IMG/VR virus record: IMGVR_UViG_3300021959_007005
From: a virus
Lineage: Duplodnaviria > Caudoviricetes
DNA: 64,000 nt
Reading direction: 5' to 3' (one strand)
In this document: piece after piece, positions 1 to 9,124 of the stretch
Layout: the number at the start of each line of letters is the position of its first letter
Position numbering within the stretch: position 1 is the stretch's first letter
Position numbers and translations under genes: made by a program
The notes under the pieces: generated by a model
Told to the model about the DNA's origin: nothing
Seen by the model: the letters and a program-made list of their open reading frames with translations, nothing else
Database searches by the model: none

Positions 1-741
1 ATTCCTGCTAACACATTCAAATCAACACAGGGTGAATTTAGCGATGCTGGTGTTGAGAGATCAATGACTAAACTACTCAAAGGTGCAAAAAAGAAACCAA
101 TTATAGTTAGTCAAGACAACTATATTATTGACGGACATCACAGATGGTTAGTTGCTATGAACTTAGGCAACAGTACAGTTGACACAATAAAGATAAGCAT
201 GGATGCAGATGAGTTGCTAGCACTAGTAAAAGCATTTAACAAAACAAGTTACAAAGACATTTACAGTGAAAAAATAGATAAATTTAATAAAGACGAACCA
301 AACAAAAGTACAGTAGCAGTACCAGGTTACGGTACTATGAACATTGATAGTTTGATGAAAAATGTAATCGATCAAACAACACAAATGTTAACTCAGATGA
401 AACAAGGCACACAGGGTTTTCGTAATGCAAATTATGCACTTAACAGTAATAAGGTGTTAGCAGCTAAAGTTGGGGCATTAGTACAAGCGTTAGATGACTT
501 GCAGTCAATACGTAGTAAAGGCGGATCAAATAGTAGAAATATACAGCAAGAAGCAGAAAGCGATAATGAATTGCCAGTTGATGAAAATGCTATTATGTCT
601 AAAATACAAGAATTTGAGAGCCAAGAATATGTTACACCAGAAGACGCTGACTTTATGAGAAGAGCTGTACAAAGTTTAACATCTGGTAGACAAACAATTA
701 ATCCACAAGCTATACTACAGTTATTAACACTGGTATCATGA
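1..741 (+). CDS. ParB/Srx-like domain modular protein, 5'-partial
   Basis: Frame is open from base 1 (IPANTFKSTQGEF...). Contains the ParB-like motif PIIVSQDNYIIDGHHRW, followed by unrelated modules. Confidence 0.65.
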   Translation: MPANTFKSTQGEFSDAGVERSMTKLLKGAKKKPIIVSQDNYIIDGHHRWLVAMNLGNSTVDTIKISMDADELLALVKAFNKTSYKDIYSEKIDKFNKDEPNKSTVAVPGYGTMNIDSLMKNVIDQTTQMLTQMKQGTQGFRNANYALNSNKVLAAKVGALVQALDDLQSIRSKGGSNSRNIQQEAESDNELPVDENAIMSKIQEFESQEYVTPEDADFMRRAVQSLTSGRQTINPQAILQLLTLVS

Positions 742-1586
742 AAGCATTTGAAATCATAAATGAACGTGTTCAACAACGTACACAGATTATGTATCATGGC
801 ACTAGTACTAATTTAATACCTAGTATTAAGTCTAACGGATTATTAGCAACACCACCAAAGAAAACATATGATAAAGACACGTATGGTGCAAGTACTGCGA
901 GTATGGGTGGTGTATATGTTGCTAGTGAGAAAGGCTTTGCATTAGAAGTTGCTCGTGAAGCAGTTGGAACACATGGTGGCGAAAAGGCACTAGTTACAAT
1001 ACAATATGTAAAAGGTTCAGGAGACCTTGACGAGGATGAAATAGTTGCTAGTATTAGTGATGCCGCCCAGCAAATAATGAGAAAACTGTCTGCTGACGCA
1101 CCTAATAAAAGACCAGATATCATACCAAGTGGAATGAAGTTTAAAGATGAGCCACCTGATCGTTATTCTGGAATGAGCTATCCAGATCAAGGATGGGCTG
1201 CTGATTGGATGGTTAGTAATATAGATAAATCCGCAACTCAAATCGCCACACGAACAATAGAAATACTACAGAAAAAATCCAAACCAAGTAAGCAAGCCAT
1301 TTCTATAGTAAAACAAATGGCAACTAAATTATTACAGTCAGCTAGTAAGGTTGAAGACGCATATGGCAGATCAAGAGCCATTGGCTTTGATGCGTATGAT
1401 ACTTTTAGAGAAAACATGGAAGATTTATTATCGGTATTAATGCAACAAGTTAATCCTGATACTGCTAATAAGAGTGCAGAATCAAGACGTATTAATAGAG
1501 ATGTAAAGTTTAAAGGTAAAACAAGAATACTACAAATTGAATCTCCTGTTGGCAATATTGTATATAAAGATGCAAATTTTAATTGA
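738..1586 (+). CDS. Putative ADP-ribosyltransferase-fold protein (YHGT type), probably head-packaged
   Basis: IMYHGTSTNLIPSIKSNGL and GGVYVAS motifs, acidic DLDEDE, leader MKAFEIINE. Confidence 0.55.
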   Translation: MKAFEIINERVQQRTQIMYHGTSTNLIPSIKSNGLLATPPKKTYDKDTYGASTASMGGVYVASEKGFALEVAREAVGTHGGEKALVTIQYVKGSGDLDEDEIVASISDAAQQIMRKLSADAPNKRPDIIPSGMKFKDEPPDRYSGMSYPDQGWAADWMVSNIDKSATQIATRTIEILQKKSKPSKQAISIVKQMATKLLQSASKVEDAYGRSRAIGFDAYDTFRENMEDLLSVLMQQVNPDTANKSAESRRINRDVKFKGKTRILQIESPVGNIVYKDANFN

Positions 1587-1641
1587 CAGTTAATACCCAA
1601 TAGTATACAACATAGTAGTACATACAATCTAGGTAATCAAA

Positions 1642-2760
1642 ATGGAAATGAAAATAACTAAAGAACTGAAACAACTAGATAAAATGTTTACTAAGTCTGG
1701 CTACGACATACGAGTTGTAGGTGGTGCAGTAAGAGATCTCGCATTAGGTAAAGATCCAAAAGATATAGACCTTGCAACAAACGCAACCCCCACAGAAATG
1801 CAAAAAATGTTTGACAGCTCAGGCGTTAAGCATATACCGTCAGGCATTGAACATGGCACTATAACTGCCATAATCAACGGCGAGGAGTTTGAAATAACCA
1901 CACTAAGAGCAGACGTGGAAACAGACGGTAGGCATGCAGAAGTGGAGTTTGTACGTAGTTGGAAAGAAGATGCTAAACGCAGAGACTTAACGTACAATGC
2001 AATGAGCATGGATTTTGATGGTAAACTATATGATTACTTTGGTGGTATGGATGACTTACAAAACAAAGTAAGCCGTTTTGTCGGTGATCCTGCAGCACGT
2101 ATACAAGAAGATTATTTGCGTATATTAAGGTATTTCCGTTTCCAAGGAAGAATGGATACGCCAAAGTTTGAAAAAGATACAATGAAATCTATAGCAGATA
2201 ATGTTTCTGGACTAAAGCAGTTGAGTGTTGAACGTGTTTGGATGGAAATAAGCAAGATACTTAGTGGTGGAAATATACAGCAAGTACTTAGTGCTATGTC
2301 ACATACTGGTGTAACTAATTCTTTAAATTTACAAGTGCAAAATATAGATAAAGTACAAGATGGCGGAGATCCTATTATAAATCTTGCTAGAATAACTAAC
2401 GATGAATCAGTAGGCAAGCGTTGGAAGATGAGCAATGATGAAAAATCAAAGCTAGGGTTCCTAATACAAAACAAAGGGCAAACACACGATAAAAAGTGGT
2501 TTACTGATCAAATGGCAGACGGATTTAATAGAGATTTGTTGGATGCACTTGCTAGGTTTAATCATCAAGACGATATGATACAGCATGTTAAATCATTCAA
2601 AGCACCTGAGTTTCCAGTTACTGGAAATGACTTGATGAAACTAGGACATGCACGTGGTCCTGGTATAGGAAAAACGTTGCAGTCAATGAGAGATCAATGG
2701 AAAAAAGGTAACTTTGATTTAAGTAAAGACGATTTGCTAAAGAGTGTAAGTAAAGAATAA
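1642..2760 (+). CDS. cca: CCA tRNA nucleotidyltransferase (class II, PolyA_pol family)
   Basis: VGGAVRD..DIDLAT, EITTLR, DAKRRDLTYNAM and EDYLRILRYFRF motifs. Confidence 0.92.
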   Translation: MEMKITKELKQLDKMFTKSGYDIRVVGGAVRDLALGKDPKDIDLATNATPTEMQKMFDSSGVKHIPSGIEHGTITAIINGEEFEITTLRADVETDGRHAEVEFVRSWKEDAKRRDLTYNAMSMDFDGKLYDYFGGMDDLQNKVSRFVGDPAARIQEDYLRILRYFRFQGRMDTPKFEKDTMKSIADNVSGLKQLSVERVWMEISKILSGGNIQQVLSAMSHTGVTNSLNLQVQNIDKVQDGGDPIINLARITNDESVGKRWKMSNDEKSKLGFLIQNKGQTHDKKWFTDQMADGFNRDLLDALARFNHQDDMIQHVKSFKAPEFPVTGNDLMKLGHARGPGIGKTLQSMRDQWKKGNFDLSKDDLLKSVSKE

Positions 2761-2788
2761 ATACACTTAGTAAATAAAGGCCCTTTAC

Positions 2789-4723
2789 ATGAGACTTAAT
2801 GAATTAACAGAAGCATTAGATAATCCATATCCATACACCTGGTACGAGCGTAGTAATGATACATGGACTGCATATGCAGAATTGAATTCAGAACGTTCAT
2901 CTGATGGAAGAGATGACGAAGACGCAACACTTAGAATAATAGCTGACAGAGTTTCAGGCGGTGATGACTGGGACGATGATGAGCGTGTGGTTCCTACCAT
3001 TTGGGAACTTAGCTTTATGACTGGTTATAAAACTCACAAGACCGGTGCAGGTGATCAATTTAGAATTTTTGCTACAGTGGTTGCCGCATTTACTGATTGG
3101 TGGAAACAAATGGGATCAAAAGTAAATGATATTGACGAACTTGAATTTACCGCAGATAAAGCAAAAGATGGTAAAAGCAGAGCAGTACTATATGCTAGAT
3201 TTGCTAAAAAGTTTGCACAAATGACTGGCTTTAATTTAGAAACTAAGCAAGATAGTTATCAGGATGTCTTTACGTTTGTAAATCCACAAAGTAGTTTTGC
3301 TGAGGCTTCAGTTACTGAAGTATCAAAAGAAGAGTTTGATGCTATTCAGAATGGATACGTTGATATTGAGTTTGATAAGAAGTGGTGGCCACTAGACGAT
3401 GATTACCCACTGATCAAACATATCGGTAAAGCAATCGGCGCAACTAGTTGGACTAGTTGGGGTAAAGTTGGTGTCCCATGGTCAGAAAAAGAAATGATCG
3501 GTGGCGGTGGCACATATATGCTTAAAGGTGATTTCGGTCATATCTTGTTGGATGCGGCTAAGAGTTTTAGCCCAGAACAAATTTTAATGGCACAAATATC
3601 AACTTCTAATCGTGGTGGTGGCGTCGGCGTTAAAGTTATGAACGCAATAAAGTCATATGCCGATCAAAAGGGTTTGCCAATAACAATATATAAAGTAACT
3701 AATCAGAAGTTTTTTGACAAGTTTGAATGGTTAGAAAAGACAGGTGCTGATACATACGAATATAAACTTAGTAGTTTTGCTGAGGCTTCAGTTACTGAAG
3801 AGGTAAGTCTTCCAGAAGATATCTTTCATATGAAAAACAGATTGCTAAAAGTTAAAAAAATAACTGATGCAATGGGTAATCGTCCAATAATGTTTAGAAG
3901 TTTTGTATATGACGCAGATCGTATTGGAAAAATTATTAAAAAGGTAACTAATGATAGTGGCAGAAAAATAAAAACTGGAAGCAATCAAAAACAACAAGAA
4001 GTCTTACAAAAACTTGGTGTCAACAATCCAACATTTGCAAACCTTGCAGCAGGAAAGCATGCAGATGTTCGCAGAACCTCACTTGAGGATCATGGGGTAG
4101 CTGGATTGCAAAACATTTTTATCCCAATAAGCAACGAAATATATTACAGTGATGCAGTTGAAGACTTGGGCATGGGTCGCTCAACAGGTGGAAAAAATAT
4201 TTCATTGCAAAGTGACTTTGATGTAGATAAAGCAGTAGCCAGTTATAAAAAAGGGTGGCCACCTGCTGGATTTGATAACGAAATAATTGTAGATACTGAT
4301 AAGTATTATCTTCTAAACTTGCAGTCTTTTTTATTAGAACTAACAAGTCCTGATATTAAAGATCAGATTAAACGTTTAAAAAGAGAATATGATAAGTCAT
4401 ATTCTAGCAATGCATCAAAAAATCAGGTCGATGATATTTTAAAAGATCTGTTTAAAACAAAAATAATGACATATAGTAATATATCACGCTGGATCGAAAG
4501 TGTTGCTATTCCTTTTGTAGATATGCTTGGAGCCAGTAGTGTACAAGAAAACTTTGCTGACGGTAAAGTAAAAGGCAAAAGTAGACCAGGGCGTGTAAAA
4601 CGTAGTGGTGCAAGTTGTAATGGTAGTGTAACAGAACTAAGAGCCAAAGCAAAAAAAGCCAGCGGTGAAAAAGCAAAAATGTATCACTGGTGCGCCAACA
4701 TGAAGGCTGGTAAGAAGAAATGA
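2789..4723 (+). CDS. Modular putative internal head polyprotein (unknown, GNAT-like, ART-like and basic Cys/His modules)
   Basis: MRLNELTE leader; linker SSFAEASVTE occurs twice; NRGGGVGVKVMNAIKSYAD resembles GNAT motif A; C-terminal ENFADGKVKGKSRPGRVKR...MYHWCANMK. Confidence 0.55.
   Translation: MRLNELTEALDNPYPYTWYERSNDTWTAYAELNSERSSDGRDDEDATLRIIADRVSGGDDWDDDERVVPTIWELSFMTGYKTHKTGAGDQFRIFATVVAAFTDWWKQMGSKVNDIDELEFTADKAKDGKSRAVLYARFAKKFAQMTGFNLETKQDSYQDVFTFVNPQSSFAEASVTEVSKEEFDAIQNGYVDIEFDKKWWPLDDDYPLIKHIGKAIGATSWTSWGKVGVPWSEKEMIGGGGTYMLKGDFGHILLDAAKSFSPEQILMAQISTSNRGGGVGVKVMNAIKSYADQKGLPITIYKVTNQKFFDKFEWLEKTGADTYEYKLSSFAEASVTEEVSLPEDIFHMKNRLLKVKKITDAMGNRPIMFRSFVYDADRIGKIIKKVTNDSGRKIKTGSNQKQQEVLQKLGVNNPTFANLAAGKHADVRRTSLEDHGVAGLQNIFIPISNEIYYSDAVEDLGMGRSTGGKNISLQSDFDVDKAVASYKKGWPPAGFDNEIIVDTDKYYLLNLQSFLLELTSPDIKDQIKRLKREYDKSYSSNASKNQVDDILKDLFKTKIMTYSNISRWIESVAIPFVDMLGASSVQENFADGKVKGKSRPGRVKRSGASCNGSVTELRAKAKKASGEKAKMYHWCANMKAGKKK
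3290..3320 (+). repeat. 31-bp perfect direct repeat, copy 1
   Basis: agtagttttgctgaggcttcagttactgaag, identical at 3770-3800. Confidence 0.97.
3770..3800 (+). repeat. 31-bp perfect direct repeat, copy 2
   Basis: Identical to 3290-3320, 480 bp apart and in frame. Confidence 0.97.
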
Positions 4724-4908
4724 GATTTCGAGAACTAACTGAAGATGGAAAAATTGTTCCAGGGGTAAATACTACAGTTGATGTACAACCTGGCGAAACT
4801 GAAAGACAAGCAAAGAAATTGTTTCCTATGAATAAAGACGGAAAGCCCAAGCCATTGGGTGTAAAAGGTGCTACGCCTCATCAAGCATTTAACTTGGGAC
4901 TAGATTAA
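4720..4908 (+). CDS. Small hypothetical protein, putative head-targeted
   Basis: MRFRELTE leader; overlaps both neighbouring genes. Confidence 0.65.
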   Translation: MRFRELTEDGKIVPGVNTTVDVQPGETERQAKKLFPMNKDGKPKPLGVKGATPHQAFNLGLD

Positions 4909-5771
4909 TGAAGATTAACGAAATTTTTGAAAATATGAGTTATACTGGCACTGCATTAAAAAAAGCAGAGCGTAAAAAGGGTATACAGCCAGGGACGACT
5001 GAATGGTTCCAACATTGGTTTGAGTTGCCTTATATGAAAGAAGATGTGTCACAAGGACAATTAAATGCTTTAGAAAAAATTGTTGATAAAGTATTTGCTC
5101 GTGTTGGTATTGATGTGGAATTTACACGTCACTTTTTAGATAGAGTAAATGATGAACGTAACGGCGAGCCTATTAGTATACAAGAGTTGGGAAGATTATT
5201 TGCTAAAGAATATAAGCAATGGGGGAAGCCAATTGCACAAATGGGTCCAAACCAAGCAATAATGAAAGATTTAGAAAGTGATATTAATGTACCATTTGTA
5301 TTAGAAATTAACCCACGTACTAAAATGCTTGACTTAGTTGCCAAGAGTGTTATGCGTAAGAAAGATTTCAGAACAAGTAATAAGGTATTTGCTGTTGAAG
5401 ACTTTGGCAGTTTGCCTAGTTTAGTAGATTTAATTTTACTTGCTGTTGCACTAAAGACAACAGTAGCTGGTGTCAGAGTATTGTTCAAAACTGCACAAGG
5501 ATATAGAAAATTACTTCGTGCTGCAGATTCAGTTGGTGTTAAACTAGCAAACAAACTGCAAAGAGAAGATACTAAAGATGAAATGATGGATAGAATTTTG
5601 GCTAGTCAAAAGAATCGTTTTTGGGATGCCGCAGTAGAAGCATTGCATCGTTTAGTAACATCACAGTCAGGACGCCAAAGTTTAGGCGGTTATGCATTTG
5701 ATATTTCTAAAAGTTTCAAAGATATGGATTCTAAAGAACTGATATCTGCATATAGACAAAAATATTCATAG
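4908..5771 (+). CDS. Modular hypothetical protein with FTRHFLDRVNDERN domain
   Basis: 287-aa ORF, MKINEIFE leader, internal xxE-delimited modules. Confidence 0.65.
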   Translation: MKINEIFENMSYTGTALKKAERKKGIQPGTTEWFQHWFELPYMKEDVSQGQLNALEKIVDKVFARVGIDVEFTRHFLDRVNDERNGEPISIQELGRLFAKEYKQWGKPIAQMGPNQAIMKDLESDINVPFVLEINPRTKMLDLVAKSVMRKKDFRTSNKVFAVEDFGSLPSLVDLILLAVALKTTVAGVRVLFKTAQGYRKLLRAADSVGVKLANKLQREDTKDEMMDRILASQKNRFWDAAVEALHRLVTSQSGRQSLGGYAFDISKSFKDMDSKELISAYRQKYS

Positions 5772-5797
5772 ACTTACAAAAAAACACATGTTATAAT
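5769..5797 (+). promoter_or_regulatory. Sigma70-type promoter with extended -10
   Basis: TAGACT-N17-TATAAT with TG upstream of the -10, just before the 5817 ORF. Confidence 0.55.
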
Positions 5798-5816
5798 AAT
5801 TAAAAATGGAGTTACT

Positions 5817-6722
5817 ATGAAAATAGCTATAATGCTTAGTGGGCAAGCTAGATATCTCGAACAAAGTGCTGAATGGTGGCAAAAAGTGTTTCCTAAAATA
5901 ACTGGATCACATATAGAGGTTGATTTTTTCTGTCATTTTTGGGAAGAACCGGGAAGAGACTTATATGAAGAATGTCAACGCCTATTTAACCCAGTTAAAT
6001 GTTTTATACAGTCTTATGATGATGTTTTTTATCCACATATGTATGCTATTCAAAATCTAAATAAAAAATATGATAAGCATACGGAACTAGTACCTAACGA
6101 TGTTAGGTCTACTTTATTATTTCCAGGAAGTGAACTTAGTACATATGCATATAATTTTCATGCGATGTTTTTAAGTGCATCTGCAATAGGAAAAATGTGT
6201 GGAGAGTTGACTGAATATGACTTTGTTATTAAAACAAGAAGTGATACAGTGTTTAATCCAATGGCCGAACATCATTGGATGAATTTATTACACAATATGA
6301 GAAAAGATATATACAACAATATTATATTTTCTCCTTGGATGCGTTTACATAACGGAAGCGGCTATTTTGGTGATTTGGCATTTATTTCTGCTCCATCTAC
6401 TATGTATAGATATTTAAAAAACTTAGACGATAATCTTATTAATGTGTGTACCAAATATAAATTTCTGTTTGGTGAAAGATTAATAGAATCTAGCTCTCCA
6501 ATTGCCCATTGGATGTGGCATAGATTAAGTATGGAATCTAAGGTTGATTGGCTTGCAATTAGTGTAGTTTGGCCTACACCATTTAATGCAGCATTAATAA
6601 GGAATAACGAACCAGTTACTAATTTTGATTTTGATACTATGCTAGAAAAGTATAAAAATGAAGAGGATTCGAGACATGCGGAAATGCATAAAAAAGATCT
6701 TATTAAACCAAGGTCAACTTAG
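5817..6722 (+). CDS. Hypothetical protein, putative glycan-modifying enzyme
   Basis: MKIAIMLSGQAR start, DFFCHFW and DFVIKTRSD pattern seen in surface-polysaccharide-associated proteins. Confidence 0.45.
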   Translation: MKIAIMLSGQARYLEQSAEWWQKVFPKITGSHIEVDFFCHFWEEPGRDLYEECQRLFNPVKCFIQSYDDVFYPHMYAIQNLNKKYDKHTELVPNDVRSTLLFPGSELSTYAYNFHAMFLSASAIGKMCGELTEYDFVIKTRSDTVFNPMAEHHWMNLLHNMRKDIYNNIIFSPWMRLHNGSGYFGDLAFISAPSTMYRYLKNLDDNLINVCTKYKFLFGERLIESSSPIAHWMWHRLSMESKVDWLAISVVWPTPFNAALIRNNEPVTNFDFDTMLEKYKNEEDSRHAEMHKKDLIKPRST

Positions 6723-6733
6723 CGGACAATTAG

Positions 6734-6741
6734 TATAAATA
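6734..6741 (+). promoter_or_regulatory. T4-type late promoter motif
   Basis: Exact TATAAATA in the intergenic gap before 6747. Related (A/C)TAAATA at 2757, 12868, 39480, 42642, 49365 and on the minus strand before 60663. Confidence 0.55.
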
Positions 6742-6746
6742 ACTAT

Positions 6747-6941
6747 ATGAAAGTCTGGGAAGTCATAAAAGAAGATACTACTTCTGGCGTATTTGCCAGT
6801 GTTGCTATGCCACTGTTTACAGGAAAAAAAGGCAAAGCACATCACAAGGCTGCACGAAAAGCAGTAGGATTAGAAGACACAGGAAAAAACAAACCTGTTG
6901 TTCCAGGCTATCCAAATAACATGATTCGGAGAGTCAAATGA
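6747..6941 (+). CDS. Small hypothetical protein, putative head-targeted
   Basis: MKVWEVIKEDTTSG leader. Confidence 0.65.
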   Translation: MKVWEVIKEDTTSGVFASVAMPLFTGKKGKAHHKAARKAVGLEDTGKNKPVVPGYPNNMIRRVK

Positions 6942-7405
6942 GACTAAACACATTAAACACAAATAAAGCGCCTAAAGCAGTACCAATGGTTGTCAAAGAA
7001 AATGCTGGGTATGCAGTTAAAGATATAAATGGTATTACAAGGAAACTATTTGACGATATTGATATTGCAAATCATTATATGAAACGTCACAATAAAGAAC
7101 TTAGAGAAGGTGTCGAGCCAGTTGTATACATGAGTGAAATTATGGAAGGTGTTCTTGATAGCACTGACGATGATGGATGGATGGCAAAAGGACAACTATA
7201 TCAACTTAGTAAGTATAGTGTAGAGTTACACGGAATGATTCAAGACACGGATAATTTAGAGCCTTGGGTACAAGCAAAAATTACTAAAGCAGCAGATTAT
7301 ATTAGTGCAGTTAAACATTATATGGAATATCTAGTAATTAATGATCAACAATCTGACGCACCAGTAGTAATAGATGACCTTCCTGACGACGAATTTGAAA
7401 TGTAA
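6938..7405 (+). CDS. Hypothetical modular phage protein
   Basis: ORF with overlapping start/stop; DNLEPWVQAKITKAADY motif. Confidence 0.65.
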   Translation: MRLNTLNTNKAPKAVPMVVKENAGYAVKDINGITRKLFDDIDIANHYMKRHNKELREGVEPVVYMSEIMEGVLDSTDDDGWMAKGQLYQLSKYSVELHGMIQDTDNLEPWVQAKITKAADYISAVKHYMEYLVINDQQSDAPVVIDDLPDDEFEM

Positions 7406-9102
7406 TGCGTTTTACGGAGTTCACTGATCTAACTGAAGGCCTCCCTGCTTTAAATCAAGGTGGGGTGTTTGGCTCTGGGTTAGATCCACAGCAATTCCAA
7501 CAACGCTACGGGGTTTCTGCAGCTAATGCATCAAACGCAGTTAAGAATGTAGTTAAATTATCGCCGGGATTTAAAAGTCCCCAAATGAAAAATGCACTAC
7601 AGAGTTATTTTTTAGAAAACCCTAAATCACTTCAAGCAGCTAATCAAAATTTCAACCCACAAGGTCAATTAAAATCAAACGTAAAGCCTGGATTATTCAA
7701 AGGGTTGCTAGGTAAAGCATTTGGTGCCATTGGATTAATATTCACTCCTAGTGCTACAAACCAGGGAGAAGACCAAGCAGTAAGACAAATGGAAGCTGTT
7801 TGGAAATTTACAAGATATTTGTTAAAAAATGCACCCAAGGAATACATTAAGTTTTATAATGATGAATGGGATGCATTAACCCCAAAAGAAAAAGAAACAA
7901 ACGCACAATGGAACCCAACAGAGTCTGACGAATATAAGCAAGCTCAAGAAATAGTACGTATGTTAGGCAAAAATACTACTGATTTTTCTCCTAACGAAGA
8001 TCCCACCCCAGATGAAGTTAGCCCACAAGTCCAACCAGATTGGTGGCCGGAGGATTTACCTTTTAATCCAGAGACATTGCCAGAGCCAGATACTCGTCCT
8101 GAAACGAAACCAATAACACAACCGGATATTCCTACTGTACCAGAGAAACCAACAACACCAGAACCAGATGACGCACCAGAACCAAAAGTTAATCCAAAGT
8201 CTCCTGATGTAGATCCAACTCCTCCGAAGCAACCAAGCGATCCAAAAATAGAACCAGACAAAAAACCTCAATCAGAACCAATAACGCCGCCTAAGTTTCC
8301 AGGTATTCCTGTACTACCTGATGCGCCTGGGCCTGAGACACCATTGGAAATTCCAGAACCAGATGTGGATCCAACTTCTCCGGAGCAACCAATAGTACCT
8401 GATCCACTGCCAGTACCGGGACCTGAATTAGATCCTAAAGCACCGGAACAGCCACTGACACCAGAAGTGCCTGATAATGCTCCAATTGTGCTTCCTAGAA
8501 TTTCGCCAGACGCTGATCCGCAATTTGATCCAACCCCAATGCCTGTTATTCCTCTACCGGATCCATCACCAGTACCTAGTACAACTCCATCAGATCCAGC
8601 AGCACCACCTAAGCCACAACCCAAACCAGAGCCTGGGCCTAATATAAATCCGCTGGCACCTTCTCAACCAAACACTCCAAAAATAGATCCAAATACTAAT
8701 CCTAAATCAGACCCAATTACACAACCAGATATTCCTACTACGCCAGCTCAACCGGAAGCTCCTAAACCAGATGATGCACCAGCAACTCAGCCTGCACCAA
8801 AGCCAGCACCTAAGCCAGTACCGAAACCTAAGCCAGCACCGAAACCTAAGCCAGTACCGAAACCTAAGCCAGCACCGAAACCAAAACCCAAGCCTGCACC
8901 CAAAGTTGCACCTACACCTAAGGTACAACCAATACCTAAAACTGGTGGGGGAAGAGGTGGTAGGCCACCACGTATAAGACCACGTAAAAGAATCGGGTTA
9001 CCTCCATTTAGTGCAAAGGGTGATAACAAAAAATGGGTACCATTTGATTTTGTAAACGTAAGAGATCCGTTAGATCTTGGCAGAGCGGCAAGACGTAGCT
9101 AA
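7405..9102 (+). CDS. Proline-rich low-complexity protein
   Basis: 565 aa with a long Pro/Asp/Glu then Pro/Lys region; C-terminal WxxFxxVxVxDPLxLxRA motif. Confidence 0.75.
   Translation: MRFTEFTDLTEGLPALNQGGVFGSGLDPQQFQQRYGVSAANASNAVKNVVKLSPGFKSPQMKNALQSYFLENPKSLQAANQNFNPQGQLKSNVKPGLFKGLLGKAFGAIGLIFTPSATNQGEDQAVRQMEAVWKFTRYLLKNAPKEYIKFYNDEWDALTPKEKETNAQWNPTESDEYKQAQEIVRMLGKNTTDFSPNEDPTPDEVSPQVQPDWWPEDLPFNPETLPEPDTRPETKPITQPDIPTVPEKPTTPEPDDAPEPKVNPKSPDVDPTPPKQPSDPKIEPDKKPQSEPITPPKFPGIPVLPDAPGPETPLEIPEPDVDPTSPEQPIVPDPLPVPGPELDPKAPEQPLTPEVPDNAPIVLPRISPDADPQFDPTPMPVIPLPDPSPVPSTTPSDPAAPPKPQPKPEPGPNINPLAPSQPNTPKIDPNTNPKSDPITQPDIPTTPAQPEAPKPDDAPATQPAPKPAPKPVPKPKPAPKPKPVPKPKPAPKPKPKPAPKVAPTPKVQPIPKTGGGRGGRPPRIRPRKRIGLPPFSAKGDNKKWVPFDFVNVRDPLDLGRAARRS
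8809..8880 (+). repeat. 4 x 18-bp tandem repeat (PKPVPK/PKPAPK)
   Basis: cctaagccag(t/c)accgaaa x4 with alternating variants. Confidence 0.93.
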
Positions 9103-9124
9103 ATAATACTGTTAAGGATGTACC

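Noticed and set aside
1583-1611. Sigma70 promoter before cca
   Set aside because: TTGACA is present but there is no good -10 at 16-18 bp spacing.
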